A program made the position numbers and the translations under genes. Positions 62,967-64,000 of a stretch of 64,000 nucleotides of DNA are shown here, in pieces. The stretch is from Candidatus Latescibacterota bacterium (GTDB taxonomy: Bacteria > Latescibacterota > UBA2968 > UBA8231): assembly GCA_965206595.1 (NCBI GenBank), contig OZ242214.1, positions 5,664,001-5,728,000 of the forward strand, written 5' to 3'. Position 1 is the stretch's first letter; each line of letters opens with the position of its first letter. The notes beneath the pieces are model-generated. The model saw nothing but the letters and a program-made list of their open reading frames with translations, was not told the origin of the DNA and did not search any database.

Positions 62967-64000
62967 ATGGCCCATCCCATACACGCAAACAAGAACTGCG
63001 AGCTGCACGTTCACCTCGGCGGCTGTTTTTACGCCGAAGATCTGGTCCGCTTCGGAAAGGACGTCTATAAAGATGTAGACTGGTCCGGCTTCTGCGACGG
63101 GTATGAGAAGGCCTTCGGCGAACGGCCCGACGTCATCCAACTGTATCGGGATGCCCTGTCGGGGTCCCGCGGTGGCGCCGACGCCTTCCGCAGCCATTTC
63201 GTGTACACCCCCGAAGACGGCCCGGATTTCCACCGATTCCTCGCCAAGTTCCAGTTTTTCCTGTGCCTCGCCCGCCACTATGCGGCGATCGGCAGGGAGA
63301 GCGAGCTGTTCGTCGCCGCCATCGAGCGCCACCGCTCCGAAGGTCTGGACTACGTCGAGTACCGGGCAATGGACAGCCGCGGCGTCGGCAACCCGGAGGG
63401 GTTCCTCTCCTTCCACCGCGGCAACGCCGAGGTCATCCGCCGGGCTTCGGGCCGCGGCTTCACCGGCCGCTACGTGATCTCGCTGCCGCGCTGGGAGCCG
63501 ATGGAAGCCTATGGGTTGGTGCAGCGGCTCCTCGACGAATCCCCCGAGCTGGTCGACACCGTGGTCGGCCTCGACTTCTGCCACGTCGAGGAGGGGTTCC
63601 CGCCGAAGCTCGTCCGACCCCTGTTCGACCAGGTCGCGGCCGACAACAGTCGGCGCCCCGGGCGCGCCCTCGAGATCGTCTACCACGTCGGGGAGTCGTT
63701 CTACGACAAGTCGCTGGAGAGCGCGGTGCGCTGGTGCCACGAGGCCGCGGAACTGGGGGCACGCCGGCTCGGCCATTGCCTGGCCCTCGCCCTCGACCCA
63801 GCGATCGCCGCCGCCCGCCGCCCGCGCGCCCACGAGGAGGAGCCGGTTTCGGAGCGCCTCGACCAGATCGGCTACGACATCACCCATGCCGGGGGTCTTT
63901 CCTGGTACGGCGTCAGCGTCGACGCCCCAGCTCTGGAAAGGGAGAGGTCGGAGCTGCGTCGAAAGGAGGCGGGCGATCTGGTATGGCGACCCTACGACGA
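62967..64000 (+). CDS. Adenosine deaminase-like metallohydrolase, partial (runs off the edge)
   Basis: Manual translation MAHPIHANKNCELHVHLGG...YVEYR...VGLDF...YHVGESF...RRLGH. Confidence 0.85.
   Translation, partial: MAHPIHANKNCELHVHLGGCFYAEDLVRFGKDVYKDVDWSGFCDGYEKAFGERPDVIQLYRDALSGSRGGADAFRSHFVYTPEDGPDFHRFLAKFQFFLCLARHYAAIGRESELFVAAIERHRSEGLDYVEYRAMDSRGVGNPEGFLSFHRGNAEVIRRASGRGFTGRYVISLPRWEPMEAYGLVQRLLDESPELVDTVVGLDFCHVEEGFPPKLVRPLFDQVAADNSRRPGRALEIVYHVGESFYDKSLESAVRWCHEAAELGARRLGHCLALALDPAIAAARRPRAHEEEPVSERLDQIGYDITHAGGLSWYGVSVDAPALERERSELRRKEAGDLVWRPYD

Noticed and set aside
1-64000. tRNA, rRNA, group II intron/retron reverse transcriptase
   Set aside because: None recognised by eye; tRNAscan-SE and cmscan were not run.

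Overview
GC-rich bacterial chromosome window. A C-terminal 'T-x5-SWGxIK' sorting motif, an ArnT-TPR gene, a BlaR1-ExbD fusion and a sulfatase suggest Ca. Latescibacterota or a relative (inference). Layout: (1) 1-13.4 kb, a defence/conflict-like island with XRE-ImmA, a truncated PIN, coupled ATPase and ATPase-wHTH-TPR genes, a frameshifted sacsin/GHKL protein with a C-terminal PD-(D/E)xK nuclease, and an SF1 helicase-DUF559. (2) 13.8-33.8 kb, purL plus catabolic genes, including a block bracketed by IS91 relics, and blaI-blaR1 with two operators. (3) 33.9-39.9 kb, an IS pile-up (2x ISL3, ISKra4, IS1380). (4) 39.9-49.1 kb, metabolic genes including sat. (5) 49.2-62.9 kb, an IS-riddled accessory island. 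The best candidate for an undescribed system is in (5): a duplicated 110-aa gene, each copy followed by a conserved covarying hairpin/attenuator-like RNA, upstream of a sigma-70/ECF-like gene, with four copies of a fixed-spacing promoter-like motif CCGACAY-N13-YCGGTA in front of island genes. Two IS-shattered genes can be rebuilt in frame using target-site duplications. No rRNA, tRNA or CRISPR array was seen. All family calls come from motifs read by eye; no database search was run.
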